A stretch of DNA of 38,349 nt, taken from contig JBDNBC010000228.1 of assembly GCA_039768115.1 (NCBI GenBank), forward strand, positions 1-38,349, written 5' to 3'. The stretch is from Oceanococcaceae bacterium. GTDB taxonomy: Bacteria > Pseudomonadota > Gammaproteobacteria > Nevskiales > Oceanococcaceae. A program made the translations under genes and the position numbers. Positions 18,817 through 29,174 of the stretch are shown here, in pieces; within the stretch, counting starts at the first letter, position 1; each line of letters opens with the position of its first letter. The notes beneath the pieces were generated by a model. The model was given only the letters and a program-made list of their open reading frames with translations. It ran no database searches and was not told the DNA's origin.

Positions 18817-19459
18817 TTCCCCCGTTGGCGCCGTGAACGGCTCCACTAACTCCGCCGTGCCCACACGGCAAACGGCCGAGCAGGCGCTGGGGCAGGAAGA
18901 TTTCCTGCAACTGATGCTCGCCCAGCTACAGAACCAGGATCCGATGAAGCCGATGGATAACAACGAGTTTCTGGGCCAGATGGCGCAGTTCTCGACCGTG
19001 CAGGGCATCACCGGATTGCAGGGCACCGTGGAGTCTTTGGCGGCGTCAATGACCTCATCGCAGTTGCTTGACGCCACGTCGCTTATCGGCCGCGATGCCA
19101 TGATCTTTAGCCCCGTCATCACCGGGGGTGATGCGCGGCCGGCGACGATTGAGGTGCCCGCTGGCGGCCCGCTGCGGGTGCAGATTTCCAACGCCAGCGG
19201 CGAGCTGGTACAGACCCTGGATCTGGGTACGCGCAGTGCCGGGTCCGCCAATTTCACCATCCCCGAACTGCCGGAGGGCAGCTATGCCATCCAGGCCGTG
19301 CTGGGCAATGGCAATGCGGCTACGCAGCTCGATGTGCTGGTGGCCGAACGCATTCGCGGCGTCGCGCTGGATCGCAACGGCGGCGCCACCATCCTGGAGC
19401 TCGGTTCGCTCGGCAGTGTTCCGCTGTCCGAGGTCCGCCAAATTCGTGAGGAGTCCTGA
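18809..19459 (+). CDS. flgD: Flagellar hook capping/assembly protein FlgD
   Basis: QEDFLQLMLAQLQNQDPMKPMDNNEFLGQMAQFSTVQG. The GTG start overlaps the flgC stop. Confidence 0.9.
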   Translation: MVNSPVGAVNGSTNSAVPTRQTAEQALGQEDFLQLMLAQLQNQDPMKPMDNNEFLGQMAQFSTVQGITGLQGTVESLAASMTSSQLLDATSLIGRDAMIFSPVITGGDARPATIEVPAGGPLRVQISNASGELVQTLDLGTRSAGSANFTIPELPEGSYAIQAVLGNGNAATQLDVLVAERIRGVALDRNGGATILELGSLGSVPLSEVRQIREES

Positions 19460-19462
19460 ACC

Positions 19463-20680
19463 ATGTCTTTCAATATTGCCCTGAGTGGGATGAACGCCGC
19501 GACCGCCAATCTGGGGGTCATTTCCAACAACATCGCCAATGCCAACACGACGGGCTTCAAGTCCTCGCGTTCGGAGTTCGCGGACCTGATTACCTCGGGG
19601 AACCAAGCCCTCCAGGCGCTTGACACCGGTGGCGGTGTCGTCTCCAGTGCGACGCGCCAGAGCTACAACCAGGGCACCATCCAGTTCACTGACAACGCGA
19701 TGGACCTCGCCATCAGTGGCAGCGGGTTCTTCACGATCAATCGTGGCGGTGTCGAGCACTACACCCGCGATGGCTCATTCCAGGTCAATGCCGAAGGCTT
19801 TCTGGTGACCAGCCAGGGCGATCGCCTGCAGGGCTTTGCGCCGCTGGCCGGCGGCGGGTTTAACACGGCGGAATTCACTGACCTGCAGCTGTCCACACAG
19901 GAAAGCGCACCACAAATGACTAGTGAAGTGACCGCGGCACTGAACCTGCCGGCGGATGCGGAGGTGCCGACCGTCGCGGCATTTGATCCGGCCGACCCCG
20001 ATAGCTACAACCACGCCACGTCGGTAACGGTCTTCGATTCGCTGGGTGCGCCGCACGCGGCGACCCTGTATTTCAGCCAGACCGCCACCGAAAACGAGTG
20101 GACGATGAACGTGGCCATTGACGGCACCGATATTGGCAGCCCGACGCCGGTTACCTTTGATAACACCGGCGCCATTACCGCGCCGGCCGGAGGCTTGGTG
20201 ACGTTTGCCGGGCTGACGATTGGCACCGGCACCGCGGCCCAGGACATCAGCCTGGACCTGTCGTCGGCGACACAGTTCGGCAGTACTTTTGCGGTGAGTG
20301 ACATCAGCCAGGACGGCTTCGCCAATGGCCAGCTGAACGGGGTGGAGTTCACGTCATCCGGCATTCTGCAAGCGCGCTACAGCAACGGGCAGACGGTGGA
20401 GCTGGGGCAGGTGGCCCTGAGCAACTTCCGCAACCTGGACGGTCTGCAAGCTGCCGGTGAAAACGCGTGGCGTGCCACACCCGAAGCGGGTGCCGTGCGT
20501 CGCGGTGAGGCCGGAACCGGCGATTTCGGATCTCTGCGTTCGGGCGCGCTGGAGGCTTCGAATGTGGATCTGACCGAGCAACTGGTGAGCATGATTACGG
20601 CTCAGCGCAGCTTCCAGGCCAATTCCCAGGTGATCACCACCATGGATCAGATCACCCAGGCCGCGCTGCAGCTGCGCTAA
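19463..20680 (+). CDS. flgE: Flagellar hook protein FlgE
   Basis: MSFNIALSGMNAATANLGVISNNIANANTTGFK at the N-terminus and LEASNVDLTEQLVSMITAQRSFQANSQVI at the C-terminus. 405 aa. Confidence 0.9.
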   Translation: MSFNIALSGMNAATANLGVISNNIANANTTGFKSSRSEFADLITSGNQALQALDTGGGVVSSATRQSYNQGTIQFTDNAMDLAISGSGFFTINRGGVEHYTRDGSFQVNAEGFLVTSQGDRLQGFAPLAGGGFNTAEFTDLQLSTQESAPQMTSEVTAALNLPADAEVPTVAAFDPADPDSYNHATSVTVFDSLGAPHAATLYFSQTATENEWTMNVAIDGTDIGSPTPVTFDNTGAITAPAGGLVTFAGLTIGTGTAAQDISLDLSSATQFGSTFAVSDISQDGFANGQLNGVEFTSSGILQARYSNGQTVELGQVALSNFRNLDGLQAAGENAWRATPEAGAVRRGEAGTGDFGSLRSGALEASNVDLTEQLVSMITAQRSFQANSQVITTMDQITQAALQLR

Positions 20681-20712
20681 GTCGCGTTCGCGCCTAAGTC
20701 GGAGTTCGCATC

Positions 20713-21453
20713 ATGGATCGTCTGCTGTATGTGGCCATGAACGGGGCGAGTCGCGCGCTGCAGAGTCAGAGTGCGATCAGCCACAACATCGCCAATGCCA
20801 GCACACCGGGCTTCAAGGCGGCACTGCTGCGCGCATCGGCCGACGAGGTCGTGGGCGATGGCCTGCATACGCGGGTCAACGCCGCGACCGCGGGGGCCGC
20901 ATTCGACGGTGCAACCGGGCCGTTGCGCACCACCGGTCAGCCCCTGGATGTCGCTCTGCACGACGATCACTGGCTTACCGTGCAGGGCCCGGATGGCGCG
21001 CCGGCCTATACCCGTGCGGGCAACCTGCGGCTCAACGAACTCGGCCAGCTGCTGACCTCATCGGGCCATGCCGTGATGGGCAACGGCGGCCCCGTCGCCC
21101 TGCCGCCGGCGAGCACGATCAGCATTGGGAGCGATGGGGCCATCTCGATGATTCCGCAAGGTCAGGAGAAGGCCGCGCCGGTCGACATCGACCAGCTCAG
21201 CGTTGTCACGCTGCCGGCGGACCAGTTGACCCGTGGCCCCGATGGCCTGTTCCGGCCTGCACCGGGCGTCGAGGCGCCCGCCGCGGTCGGCGAAGTGCTG
21301 ACCGCCGGTGCGGTGGAGGAGTCCAACGTCAGCGTGGCCACGGCGCTGGTGGACATGATCGCCCAGCAGCGATTGTTTGAAACCCAGGTGAAGCTGATGA
21401 ACAAGGCGGATGAAAACGCCCAGCGCACCGCCGAATTGATGCGCATGCGCTAA
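20713..21453 (+). CDS. flgF: Flagellar proximal rod protein FlgF
   Basis: [35 protein letters not shown] and [24 protein letters not shown]. Confidence 0.9.
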   Translation: MDRLLYVAMNGASRALQSQSAISHNIANASTPGFKAALLRASADEVVGDGLHTRVNAATAGAAFDGATGPLRTTGQPLDVALHDDHWLTVQGPDGAPAYTRAGNLRLNELGQLLTSSGHAVMGNGGPVALPPASTISIGSDGAISMIPQGQEKAAPVDIDQLSVVTLPADQLTRGPDGLFRPAPGVEAPAAVGEVLTAGAVEESNVSVATALVDMIAQQRLFETQVKLMNKADENAQRTAELMRMR

Positions 21454-21470
21454 GGCACAAGGAGTACACG

Positions 21471-22256
21471 ATGAATCATTCCCTATGGGTGGCAAAGACG
21501 GGCCTGGATGCGCAGCAGACGCGGATGAGCGTCATTGCCAACAACCTGGCCAACGTCAACACGACCGGTTTCAAGAAATCCGACGCGGTGTTTGAAGACC
21601 TGATTTATCAGAATCTTCGCCAGGCGGGTGGACAGACATCGCAGCAGACGCGGGCGCCGATTGGCCTCGAAATTGGCACCGGATCACGGCTGGTTGCGAC
21701 CGAGCGCGACTTCGCTCAGGGCACGCTGGCGCAGACCGATAACGCACTGGATGTCGCCATCAATGGCCGTGGCTTCTTGCAGGTGCTGATGCCCGATGGC
21801 ACCACCGCCTACACCCGCGATGGATCGATGCAGCTCGATGCCGAGGGCAATGTAGTGACGGCCAGCGGCTACACCGTGCTGCCGGGCATCAATGTTCCTG
21901 GCGGCGCGCAGTCGCTGATTATTGGTCAGGACGGCAGCGTATCCGTGCAGGTGGCCGGGCAGGCGAACCCGCAGGAGATCGGCGCGTTGACGCTGGCAGA
22001 TTTCATCAACCCCGGCGGCCTCGAGGCACGCGGCGAGAACCTCTATGTGGAAACGGCGGCCAGCGGCGTGGCTCAGGTCGCGGCGCCCGGCACCGAGGGC
22101 TTGGGCCTGCTGCGGCAGGGTGCTCTTGAGTCGTCGAATGTCAATGTCGTCGAGGAGCTCGTCGGCATGATCGAAACCCAGCGGGCCTACGAGCTGAACT
22201 CGAAGGCGATTGAAACCAGCGACCAGATGCTTGCATATGTCAACAATAACCTGTGA
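21471..22256 (+). CDS. flgG: Flagellar distal rod protein FlgG
   Basis: [25 protein letters not shown] and [45 protein letters not shown]. Confidence 0.95.
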   Translation: MNHSLWVAKTGLDAQQTRMSVIANNLANVNTTGFKKSDAVFEDLIYQNLRQAGGQTSQQTRAPIGLEIGTGSRLVATERDFAQGTLAQTDNALDVAINGRGFLQVLMPDGTTAYTRDGSMQLDAEGNVVTASGYTVLPGINVPGGAQSLIIGQDGSVSVQVAGQANPQEIGALTLADFINPGGLEARGENLYVETAASGVAQVAAPGTEGLGLLRQGALESSNVNVVEELVGMIETQRAYELNSKAIETSDQMLAYVNNNL

Positions 22257-22302
22257 TCGCGTGCTGCCCCGGCCCTGCTCTGAGGTCAGCGTGACCCGCG
22301 GC

Positions 22303-23022
22303 ATGCCGCAACATGCGGTGCCTCCGGGGATGCCGTCGTCGGTCCGCGAGGGGAATGCGGCGGCTTACGTGGTCGCCGGTGTGCTACTGCTCAGCCTGAC
22401 CTTCCTGGGCGGCTGTGCGTCGACGGCGGTAATCGAAGATCGACCGCTGCCGGAGCCAATCTATCCGCCCGCCTATGAGCGCTCGGAAGGGTCGCTCTAT
22501 GACGGCCAGGGCGGGCTGATGCTGTTTGGCGATCAGCGGGCACGCCATGTCGGCGATGTGCTGACGGTCGTCCTGCAAGAACGCACCTCGGCGACCAAAT
22601 CCGCTAGCACCAGTACTTCAAAAGGGCAGTCGCTGGGCGTACAGGTGCCCAACTTCTTTGGTCAGGTGCAGGAACCCGCGAATTTTGGTGCGGACGCGAG
22701 CGCTGATCGCAGTTTTGAGGGCGCGGGCAATAGTTCGCAGAGCAATCAGCTCACAGGCCAGCTGACCGTGCAGGTGGTCGAGGAACTCAATGGCGGCGTC
22801 CTGCGCATTGCCGGCAGCAAGCGTTTGCGGCTGAATCAAGGCGTCGAAGTGCTACAGCTGACCGGGCTGGTGCGGCCCCAGGACATCGCTCCGGACAACA
22901 CCGTGCCCTCGCATCGCATTGCCAACGCGGAGATCGGCTACAGCGGCCGGGGCGCCGTAGCCGATGCCAACGCACAGGGCTGGCTGGCACGGTTCTTTAA
23001 CTCGCCGTTCTTCCCGTTGTAG
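22303..23022 (+). CDS. flgH: Flagellar L-ring lipoprotein FlgH
   Basis: Lipobox LTFLGGCAS, then GSLYDGQGGLMLFGDQRARHVGDVLTVVLQE and the C-terminal WLARFFNSPFFPL. The start is uncertain (GTG 22261, GTG 22291 or ATG 22303). Confidence 0.9.
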   Translation: MPQHAVPPGMPSSVREGNAAAYVVAGVLLLSLTFLGGCASTAVIEDRPLPEPIYPPAYERSEGSLYDGQGGLMLFGDQRARHVGDVLTVVLQERTSATKSASTSTSKGQSLGVQVPNFFGQVQEPANFGADASADRSFEGAGNSSQSNQLTGQLTVQVVEELNGGVLRIAGSKRLRLNQGVEVLQLTGLVRPQDIAPDNTVPSHRIANAEIGYSGRGAVADANAQGWLARFFNSPFFPL

Positions 23023-23072
23023 CGGGAGAAGAAATCACCATTCCGCACTGCCGCCGCACCCTGCTTGGTGCG

Positions 23073-23088
23073 CGGCACGAATCCTGCC
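23073..23088 (+). promoter_or_regulatory. Weak sigma-54-like site between flgH and flgI
   Basis: CGGCACGAATCCTGCC (GGCACG present, CTGC -12 box), 46 nt upstream of the flgI ATG. It could be fortuitous. Confidence 0.3.
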
Positions 23089-23133
23089 TTGTCAGCTTAT
23101 CGACATCTTTCGTCAATGCTTGAGGCCACCGCC

Positions 23134-24237
23134 ATGATTCGACCACTGCTGATTGCCTTCGCCCTGACCGCGTTGAGCCTGGGGCCTGCCCACGCCGAAC
23201 GTATCAAGGATCTGGCCAGCGTGGCCGGCGTGCGCAGTAACGCCCTGGTCGGCTACGGCCTTGTCGTCGGCCTCGACGGTACCGGTGACAGCACGACCCA
23301 GGCGCCCTTCACAACCCAGAGCCTGGCGGCCATGCTGTCGCAAATGGGTGTTGTCCTGCCGCCGGGCGTGAATCCGCAGCTGAAGAATGTCGCTGCCGTG
23401 GCCATCCATGCCGAGCTACCGGCTTTTGCCAAACCCGGGCAGCGCATCGACATTACGGTGTCGTCCATCGGCAATGCGAAGAGCTTGCGCGGCGGCAGCT
23501 TGCTGATGTCGCCGCTACGCGGCGCGGACGGGCAGGTCTATGCCGTTGCGCAGGGCAGCATGGTGGTCGGCGGATTCGGCGCGCAGGGGCGCGACGGATC
23601 CCGGGTGCAGGTCAATGTCTCGGCATCGGGGCGCATTCCCAACGGCGCAACCGTGGAGCGGGTCGTGGCCAACTCGTTGTCCGGTCGTGAGGCGATACAT
23701 CTCAACCTGCATCAGGGTGACTTCCGGACGGCGCAGCGCATCGTTCGTGCTATCAACAGCCGCCTGGGTGGGGGGCTGGCCGAAGCCGTGGACGCTGTCA
23801 CCGTTGCCGTGCGGGCCCCGCGTAGCGCCGATCAGACTGTCGCCTTCATTGCTGCACTGGAAGACATCGAGGTCATTGCCGCGGATGCGCCGGCCCGGGT
23901 GGTCGTCAACGCGCGCACCGGCACGGTGGTCATCGGCCAGAACGTGCGGGTTTCGCCTGCAGCGGTGACCCACGGCTCATTGTCGGTCACGATTCGCGAA
24001 AACCCGCAGGTCAGCCAGCCCAATCCCTTCGGGCAGGGCGACACCGCTGTGGTTCCGGATTCGGAAATCGAGATCAGCCAGGGTGACGGGCGCATGTTCA
24101 AGCTGGAAGGCACCACCACGCTGGATTCCATCGTCCGGGCCGTCAATAGTGTGGGTGCGGCGCCGGGCGACCTGGTCGCGATTCTTGAAGCCCTGAAGCA
24201 GGCCGGCGCCTTGCGTGCCGAGCTGGTGGTGATCTGA
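23134..24237 (+). CDS. flgI: Flagellar P-ring protein FlgI
   Basis: Signal peptide [21 protein letters not shown], then [38 protein letters not shown] upstream of the ATG at 23134. Confidence 0.95.
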   Translation: MIRPLLIAFALTALSLGPAHAERIKDLASVAGVRSNALVGYGLVVGLDGTGDSTTQAPFTTQSLAAMLSQMGVVLPPGVNPQLKNVAAVAIHAELPAFAKPGQRIDITVSSIGNAKSLRGGSLLMSPLRGADGQVYAVAQGSMVVGGFGAQGRDGSRVQVNVSASGRIPNGATVERVVANSLSGREAIHLNLHQGDFRTAQRIVRAINSRLGGGLAEAVDAVTVAVRAPRSADQTVAFIAALEDIEVIAADAPARVVVNARTGTVVIGQNVRVSPAAVTHGSLSVTIRENPQVSQPNPFGQGDTAVVPDSEIEISQGDGRMFKLEGTTTLDSIVRAVNSVGAAPGDLVAILEALKQAGALRAELVVI

Positions 24238-24241
24238 GGCC

Positions 24242-25177
24242 ATGGCGGCGATGGCCGACGCCGCGCGCGGGGCGATTCTGCAGCGTCAGGAGGCGCCTGG
24301 ATATCTGCCGCTGCAGCGTACGCAAGCACAACGTTTAGGGCCTGCGCCCGCGTCCGACGCCGACCAGCTCGGCGCGGTGGCGCAAAAGTTCGAGGCGCTG
24401 TTCGTCAAGCAACTGCTCGACAGCGCGTTCAAGGACGGCTTCGCCGGCATCGGCGATAGCGGCCAGGCCGGACAGATCAACAGTCTGTGGACCCAGCAGC
24501 TCTCCGACAGCATTACTCAGGGCCGGGGCCTGGGCTTGCAGGCATCGCTGGTCGCCGCGCTCGGTGGTATGCCCGCTGTACAGGGACCCGCGTCGGCGAC
24601 GACGGCGCTCACGTCGGGGGTGATTTCGGTTGAGCGCCTCCGCGCCCTGCCAGATGCCGATGCGCCATTGGCGGCCATCACCAGGGCTCGTCCGCCCCTG
24701 ATGGACGCCATTAACAGCCCGGATGATTTCATTCGCATCCTCGAGCCGGGGATTCGCGAGGCCGCCGCCGAACTCGGCGTGTCGCCGCGCATTCTGATGG
24801 CGCAGGCGGCACTGGAAACGGGATGGGGCCAGCACATGCCGGCCATCGAATCTGGCAGCAGCTATAACGTGTTTGGCATCAAGGCCAGCCGGGACTGGAC
24901 CGGCGATCAGGTGTCGTCGCGTACAACGGAATTCGTGAACGGCCAGGCACAGCAGATGGTGGAGCCGTTCCGTGGGTATCGCAACGTGGCGGAAAGCGTC
25001 CGCGATTACGTGCAGTTCATCAAGACCCAGCCGCGCTATGCCAACGCGCTGGAGCATGGGGGCTCGGATCAGCGCTATATCCGTGGTATCGCGGAGGCCG
25101 GCTATGCCACCGACCCGCAATACGCATCACGTGTGCTGCAGGTGGCCGATTCACCCCGACTGGCCGGGCTGATCTGA
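24242..25177 (+). CDS. flgJ: Flagellar rod-assembly protein / peptidoglycan hydrolase FlgJ
   Basis: N-terminal rod-binding motif (AQKFEALFVKQLL) and C-terminal glucosaminidase domain (ILMAQAALETGWG, YNVFGIKA, YATDPQYA). Confidence 0.9.
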   Translation: MAAMADAARGAILQRQEAPGYLPLQRTQAQRLGPAPASDADQLGAVAQKFEALFVKQLLDSAFKDGFAGIGDSGQAGQINSLWTQQLSDSITQGRGLGLQASLVAALGGMPAVQGPASATTALTSGVISVERLRALPDADAPLAAITRARPPLMDAINSPDDFIRILEPGIREAAAELGVSPRILMAQAALETGWGQHMPAIESGSSYNVFGIKASRDWTGDQVSSRTTEFVNGQAQQMVEPFRGYRNVAESVRDYVQFIKTQPRYANALEHGGSDQRYIRGIAEAGYATDPQYASRVLQVADSPRLAGLI

Positions 25178-25182
25178 GTCTG

Positions 25183-25220
25183 CGCAAGCGCCAGGCGCCC
25201 CTTGCGGGCGTTTTTGTTTT
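25183..25220 (+). terminator. Rho-independent terminator after flgJ
   Basis: A GC-rich stem (CGCAAG...CTTGCG, or the inner CGCCC/GGGCG) followed by TTTTTGTTTT. Confidence 0.6.
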
Positions 25221-25228
25221 CGCTCGGG

Positions 25229-25256
25229 CTCACGTTCTTCGGCATGCGGCCGATAC
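25229..25256 (+). promoter_or_regulatory. Sigma-28 promoter upstream of flgK-flgL
   Basis: CTCACGT-N13-GCCGATAC, immediately after the flgJ terminator. Confidence 0.6.
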
Positions 25257-25307
25257 CGGAGATTGCCGGAGGCGGTTCTGGCGTGCGCTGGAGGCCTACG
25301 TGATTGG

Positions 25308-25323
25308 TGGCCCGTCAGTTGCA
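25308..25323 (+). promoter_or_regulatory. Sigma-54 -24/-12 candidate upstream of flgK
   Basis: TGGCCCGTCAGTTGCA (one mismatch to TGGCAC-N5-TTGCA), 50 nt upstream of the flgK ATG. Confidence 0.55.
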
Positions 25324-25372
25324 CGGGGACAGCATCCGGCAACTCGCCCCTCGGGTGCCAAGGAATCAGGCC

Positions 25373-26968
25373 ATGACGCAATTATTCGACATCGGACGCT
25401 CGGCGCTGTCCAGTTATCAGCAGGCACTGACCGCGGTCAGTCGCAACGTCGCGAATGCGAATACGCCGGGTTATGCCCGGCAGTCGGTCAATTTCCGCGA
25501 GCTGGCGGGTGGCGGGGGGGTCGACGTTGTCTCGCTCAACCGTTCGGCCGACAACTCGGCTTTGGCCTCGGCCCGCGATGCGGTCGAGGAACGCGCTTTC
25601 GCGGAAGTGCGTGCGAACGCGCTGACCCGCATTGACGCCTTGATCTCCGATGACTCGACCGGCCTTGGGGCGCCGCTGCGTCGGTTGAGCGAGTCGGTCG
25701 ATGCGTTCGCTGCTGCTCCCACGGACATCGCTGTCCGCCAGACACTGCTCGCCAATGCCGACGGGTTTGCTGCTCAGGTGCGAATGATCGACGACACACT
25801 GGTGCGGGAAGCGAATCAAGCCGGCCAGCAGCTGGGCGTCCTGGCCGCCAGTGCGCAGGATCAACTGGACGAGCTGGCGCAGATTCAGGGACAGCTCGAT
25901 CGTACCGAGCGTATGGATGCGGCCACGGCGACGCTGATGGATCGCCGCGATGTATTGCTCGAAGGGCTGGCGGAAACCCTCGGTGTGCGGAGTCAGATCA
26001 ATGGCAACGGTACGCTTCAGGTGACGCTGGGCAACGGCCAGCCCGTCATTGAGGCCGGGCAGGCCGTTCGTCTCGGCGTGGGTGCTGATGCCGAAGGGCA
26101 GTTGCAGATCACAACCAATGGCAATCTGCAGCCGTCCCGCGTGATTGGTGGTGAGGCCGGCGGGCTGCTGCAACTCATGCATACCGATATCCCGGCGGCA
26201 CAGGATCAGCTAGGCCGGGTCGCTCAAAGCGTGGCTGCGCAGTTCAACACCGCACAAGTCAATGGCGCCGATCTCGAAGGCAATGTGGGCACGGCGTTGT
26301 TTGTCGAGGCTACGCCGCGTGTGCGGGAGCTGAGCAACAACGCCGGCACCGCCGTACTGGGTGTGACTGGCGACGACAGCGCAGAGCTGCCTGCCAGCCG
26401 CATGCGGCTGAGCTTTGATGGGGCCGCGTGGAGCGCGACCGACAGTCGCGGTGCCACCCTGCCCATGGCCGGCAGCGGGACCGCGGGTGACCCCTTTACC
26501 GTCGGGGGAGTGGCCATCAACGTCACCGGTGTCGCCGCCGCCGGGGACAGTTTCATGATCGAACCGGCCCCCGCGTCTGGTTTCGTCAGCAACGCGCTGC
26601 GCCCGGAGGAACTCGCCGCGGCCGCCGCGGGCAGTGCGCCCAACAGCGGTGACAACAGCAACGCGACGGCCCTGCAAGAAACATTGCGCGGCGGATTCCT
26701 GGACGGCGGCCGCACCTCGGTGCAGGACGCCAACGTCAATTGGATCAGTGATACCGGCCAGCGCACGGCATCGGCACTCAGTGCGGTCAGTGTGGCGCGC
26801 GCGTCGGAGTCGTTCGCCCTGGACCGCCGAGACTCGATTCAGGGGGTCAACCTGGATGAAGAGGCCGCCGATCTGCTGCGCTACCAGCAGGCCTATGCGG
26901 CGGCGGCGCAGGTACTGGCGACGGCGGGAACGCTGTTCGACTCTGTTCTCGCGGCCATGCGGAGATAA
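25373..26968 (+). CDS. flgK: Flagellar hook-filament junction protein 1 FlgK
   Basis: MTQLFDIGRSALSSYQQALTAVSRNVANANTPGYARQ and C-terminal VNLDEEAADLLRYQQAYAAAAQV. AAGGAA RBS before the ATG at 25373. Confidence 0.9.
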   Translation: MTQLFDIGRSALSSYQQALTAVSRNVANANTPGYARQSVNFRELAGGGGVDVVSLNRSADNSALASARDAVEERAFAEVRANALTRIDALISDDSTGLGAPLRRLSESVDAFAAAPTDIAVRQTLLANADGFAAQVRMIDDTLVREANQAGQQLGVLAASAQDQLDELAQIQGQLDRTERMDAATATLMDRRDVLLEGLAETLGVRSQINGNGTLQVTLGNGQPVIEAGQAVRLGVGADAEGQLQITTNGNLQPSRVIGGEAGGLLQLMHTDIPAAQDQLGRVAQSVAAQFNTAQVNGADLEGNVGTALFVEATPRVRELSNNAGTAVLGVTGDDSAELPASRMRLSFDGAAWSATDSRGATLPMAGSGTAGDPFTVGGVAINVTGVAAAGDSFMIEPAPASGFVSNALRPEELAAAAAGSAPNSGDNSNATALQETLRGGFLDGGRTSVQDANVNWISDTGQRTASALSAVSVARASESFALDRRDSIQGVNLDEEAADLLRYQQAYAAAAQVLATAGTLFDSVLAAMRR

Positions 26969-26971
26969 ACG

Positions 26972-27895
26972 ATGCGCGTTACCAACAGCATGAATTACCG
27001 TGCACTGCTCGGCGCAATGCAGGAACGCACGCAGGCGCAGTTTGACGCGCAGCAGGCGCTCTCAACCGGGCGCAAGTTCCAGCAGGCCAAGGATGACCCG
27101 GTAGCGGCGGCCGCAGTCCTGCGCACCGAGGATCGCCTGGCCCGTCTGCAGTCTCAGCAGGACACCCTGAATCGGGTCGAGGCGCGCCATGCCTATTCGG
27201 AGACGCGTCTGGGCGACCTCGGTGACACCCTGCAGTCGGCGCGCGAACTGCTGTTGCGGGCCCAGACGGTGTCTATCAATACCGAAGACCGCGATCTGCT
27301 GGCCGAACAGCTGCGCGGCATGGCTGCCGATGTGGCCTCGATCGCCAACACACGCGACGCTGACGGTCGGCCCCTGTTCGCCGGCACCAGTCCCAACCCG
27401 CCGCTGGCCGGCGGCCCCGGTGCCTGGACGCTGGCGGCCGACATCAGCGCACCGCCGCGGGTTGAAGTGGCCGATGGTCGGCAACTCGCCAATGGCGTGG
27501 ACATGCGTTCCGCGCTGATGAATACCGCTGGCACGGCAGACATCGTGACGGCGCTGGAAACCCTGGCCGACGCGGTAGCGCTCAATCCGACGGACGACGC
27601 CGGGAAACTGGCCCGCCGCGACACGCTCGATGCCGGCCTGGTGGAACTGGACGGCATGCTCGAGCGTACGTCCCGCGTGCGCTCGCAAGCCGGCCTGGCC
27701 CTGGAGGCCGTCGACACCCTTCGTGCCGCAAACGATAGCGGCCAGCTCAACGCATCGTCCGAGCTGGCTCAGTGGCGCGATGCCGACATCGCCGCGGAGG
27801 TAACGCGACTGGCCAATGAAAACGCCAGCCTCGAAGCCGCCCGCGCGGTGTTTCAACGTCTTGGGCAGCAGTCGCTGTTCAACTTCCTGCGTTAG
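26972..27895 (+). CDS. flgL: Flagellar hook-filament junction protein 3 FlgL
   Basis: MRVTNSM..., flagellin-like N-terminus (STGRKFQQAKDDPVAAA) and C-terminus (DADIAAEVTRLANENASLEAARAVFQRL). Confidence 0.85.
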   Translation: MRVTNSMNYRALLGAMQERTQAQFDAQQALSTGRKFQQAKDDPVAAAAVLRTEDRLARLQSQQDTLNRVEARHAYSETRLGDLGDTLQSARELLLRAQTVSINTEDRDLLAEQLRGMAADVASIANTRDADGRPLFAGTSPNPPLAGGPGAWTLAADISAPPRVEVADGRQLANGVDMRSALMNTAGTADIVTALETLADAVALNPTDDAGKLARRDTLDAGLVELDGMLERTSRVRSQAGLALEAVDTLRAANDSGQLNASSELAQWRDADIAAEVTRLANENASLEAARAVFQRLGQQSLFNFLR

Positions 27896-27897
27896 GG

Positions 27898-27925
27898 CTC
27901 AAGTCCCTGCGCCGGATGCCGATAA
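27898..27925 (+). promoter_or_regulatory. Sigma-28 promoter of fliC copy 1
   Basis: CTCAAGT-N13-GCCGATAA, 82 nt upstream of the fliC ATG. Confidence 0.8.
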
Positions 27926-28006
27926 CAGTCCTACGAACCCTGTGACTGCTAGCACCAGCGATCAGGCGTTCCTTTCAACCTAACAGTCTTAGAAGGAAGC
28001 AAAACC

Positions 28007-29158
28007 ATGCAAGGTATCAACACCAACCTGATGTCGCTCAACGTTCAGAAGAACCTGAACCAGTCGAGTGCCAACCTCGCCACCTCCATCGAGCGCCTGT
28101 CCACCGGCCTGCGCATCAACAGCGCCAAGGATGATGCCGCCGGTCTGGCTATCGCCGAGCGGTTCACCACGCAGATCCGTGGTCAGAGCCAGGCCATTCG
28201 CAATGCCAATGACGGCATCTCGCTGGCCCAGACCGCCGAAGGCGCGCTGGACGAAGTGACCAACAACCTGCAGCGGGTGCGCGAGCTGGCCGTGCAGGCC
28301 TCCAATGCGACCTACACGCAATCGGATCGCGACGCGCTGCAACTGGAAGTCTCCGAGCTGCTCAACGAAATCAACCGGGTGGCGGATCAGACCTCGTTCA
28401 ACGGCGTAAAGCTGCTGGACGGCTCGTTCACCGGTGCGGTGTTCCAGATCGGCGCGAATGCGGGTGAGAACATCACCCTGAGCTCGATTGCCGACGCCAA
28501 TACGGCCGCCCTGGGCAGCGTGACGCAGAACACCGATGCGGGTTTGAGTATCGCCGCCTCGGGTCTGACCGGCTTCGGCACGGCGATTGCGGCCGGTGGC
28601 GTCACCATCAACGGTGTGGATATTGGCGCGATTGCCGGAGCCAGCAGCGCCGCCGAGCGGGCCGGGCAGCTGGCCAACGCCATCAACAATGTCTCGGCGC
28701 AGACCGGCGTCGGTGCCAACTACGACGCAGCGACCGGCCAGCTCACGCTGAACAGTGAAGGGGCCGTGACGGTGGCCGGTACGGTCAACGACGCGACGAT
28801 TGCGGGCTACGCCAACGCGGCGATCAGCACGCTGACCACGGCTACTGGTATCGACACCCTGACGGTGGCGAACTACGCCGGTGCGCAAACAGCGATGAAG
28901 CTGGTCGATGACGCCCTGACAACGGTGAACAGCGCCCGCGCCACCCTGGGTGCGCAGCAAAGCCGCTTCGAGAGCGTGGTGGCCAGCCTGCAAACCTCGG
29001 TGGAAAACCAGAGCGCCTCGCGCAGCCGCATTGAAGATGCGGACTTCGCAGTCGAAACCGCCAACCTGTCGCGGACGCAGATCCTGCAGCAGGCCGGCAC
29101 CGCGATGCTGGCCCAGGCCAACTCGGCACCGCAGGGTGTCCTGAGCCTGCTGCGCGGC
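28007..29158 (+). repeat. Paralogous repeat copy A (fliC coding sequence)
   Basis: Gap-free alignment with 31765-32916 at an offset of 3758 nt, with long perfect runs (for example 28808-28890 = 32566-32648). Confidence 0.9.
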
Positions 29159-29161
29159 TAA
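28007..29161 (+). CDS. fliC: Flagellin, copy 1 (384 aa)
   Basis: Canonical D0/D1 termini ([37 protein letters not shown], ...[44 protein letters not shown]). The central segment carries a flagellin-IN-like motif (INGVDIGAI...[19 protein letters not shown]). A sigma-28 promoter lies upstream. Confidence 0.95.
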   Translation: MQGINTNLMSLNVQKNLNQSSANLATSIERLSTGLRINSAKDDAAGLAIAERFTTQIRGQSQAIRNANDGISLAQTAEGALDEVTNNLQRVRELAVQASNATYTQSDRDALQLEVSELLNEINRVADQTSFNGVKLLDGSFTGAVFQIGANAGENITLSSIADANTAALGSVTQNTDAGLSIAASGLTGFGTAIAAGGVTINGVDIGAIAGASSAAERAGQLANAINNVSAQTGVGANYDAATGQLTLNSEGAVTVAGTVNDATIAGYANAAISTLTTATGIDTLTVANYAGAQTAMKLVDDALTTVNSARATLGAQQSRFESVVASLQTSVENQSASRSRIEDADFAVETANLSRTQILQQAGTAMLAQANSAPQGVLSLLRG

Positions 29162-29174
29162 ACCCGCGGGAACT

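Noticed and set aside
27933-28006. Possible CsrA/RsmA (GGA) control of the fliC leaders (also 31693-31764)
   Set aside because: Each leader has only a single GGA, which is the Shine-Dalgarno itself (AGAAGGAA). There is no second GGA in a hairpin loop and no fliW or csrA gene in the window.
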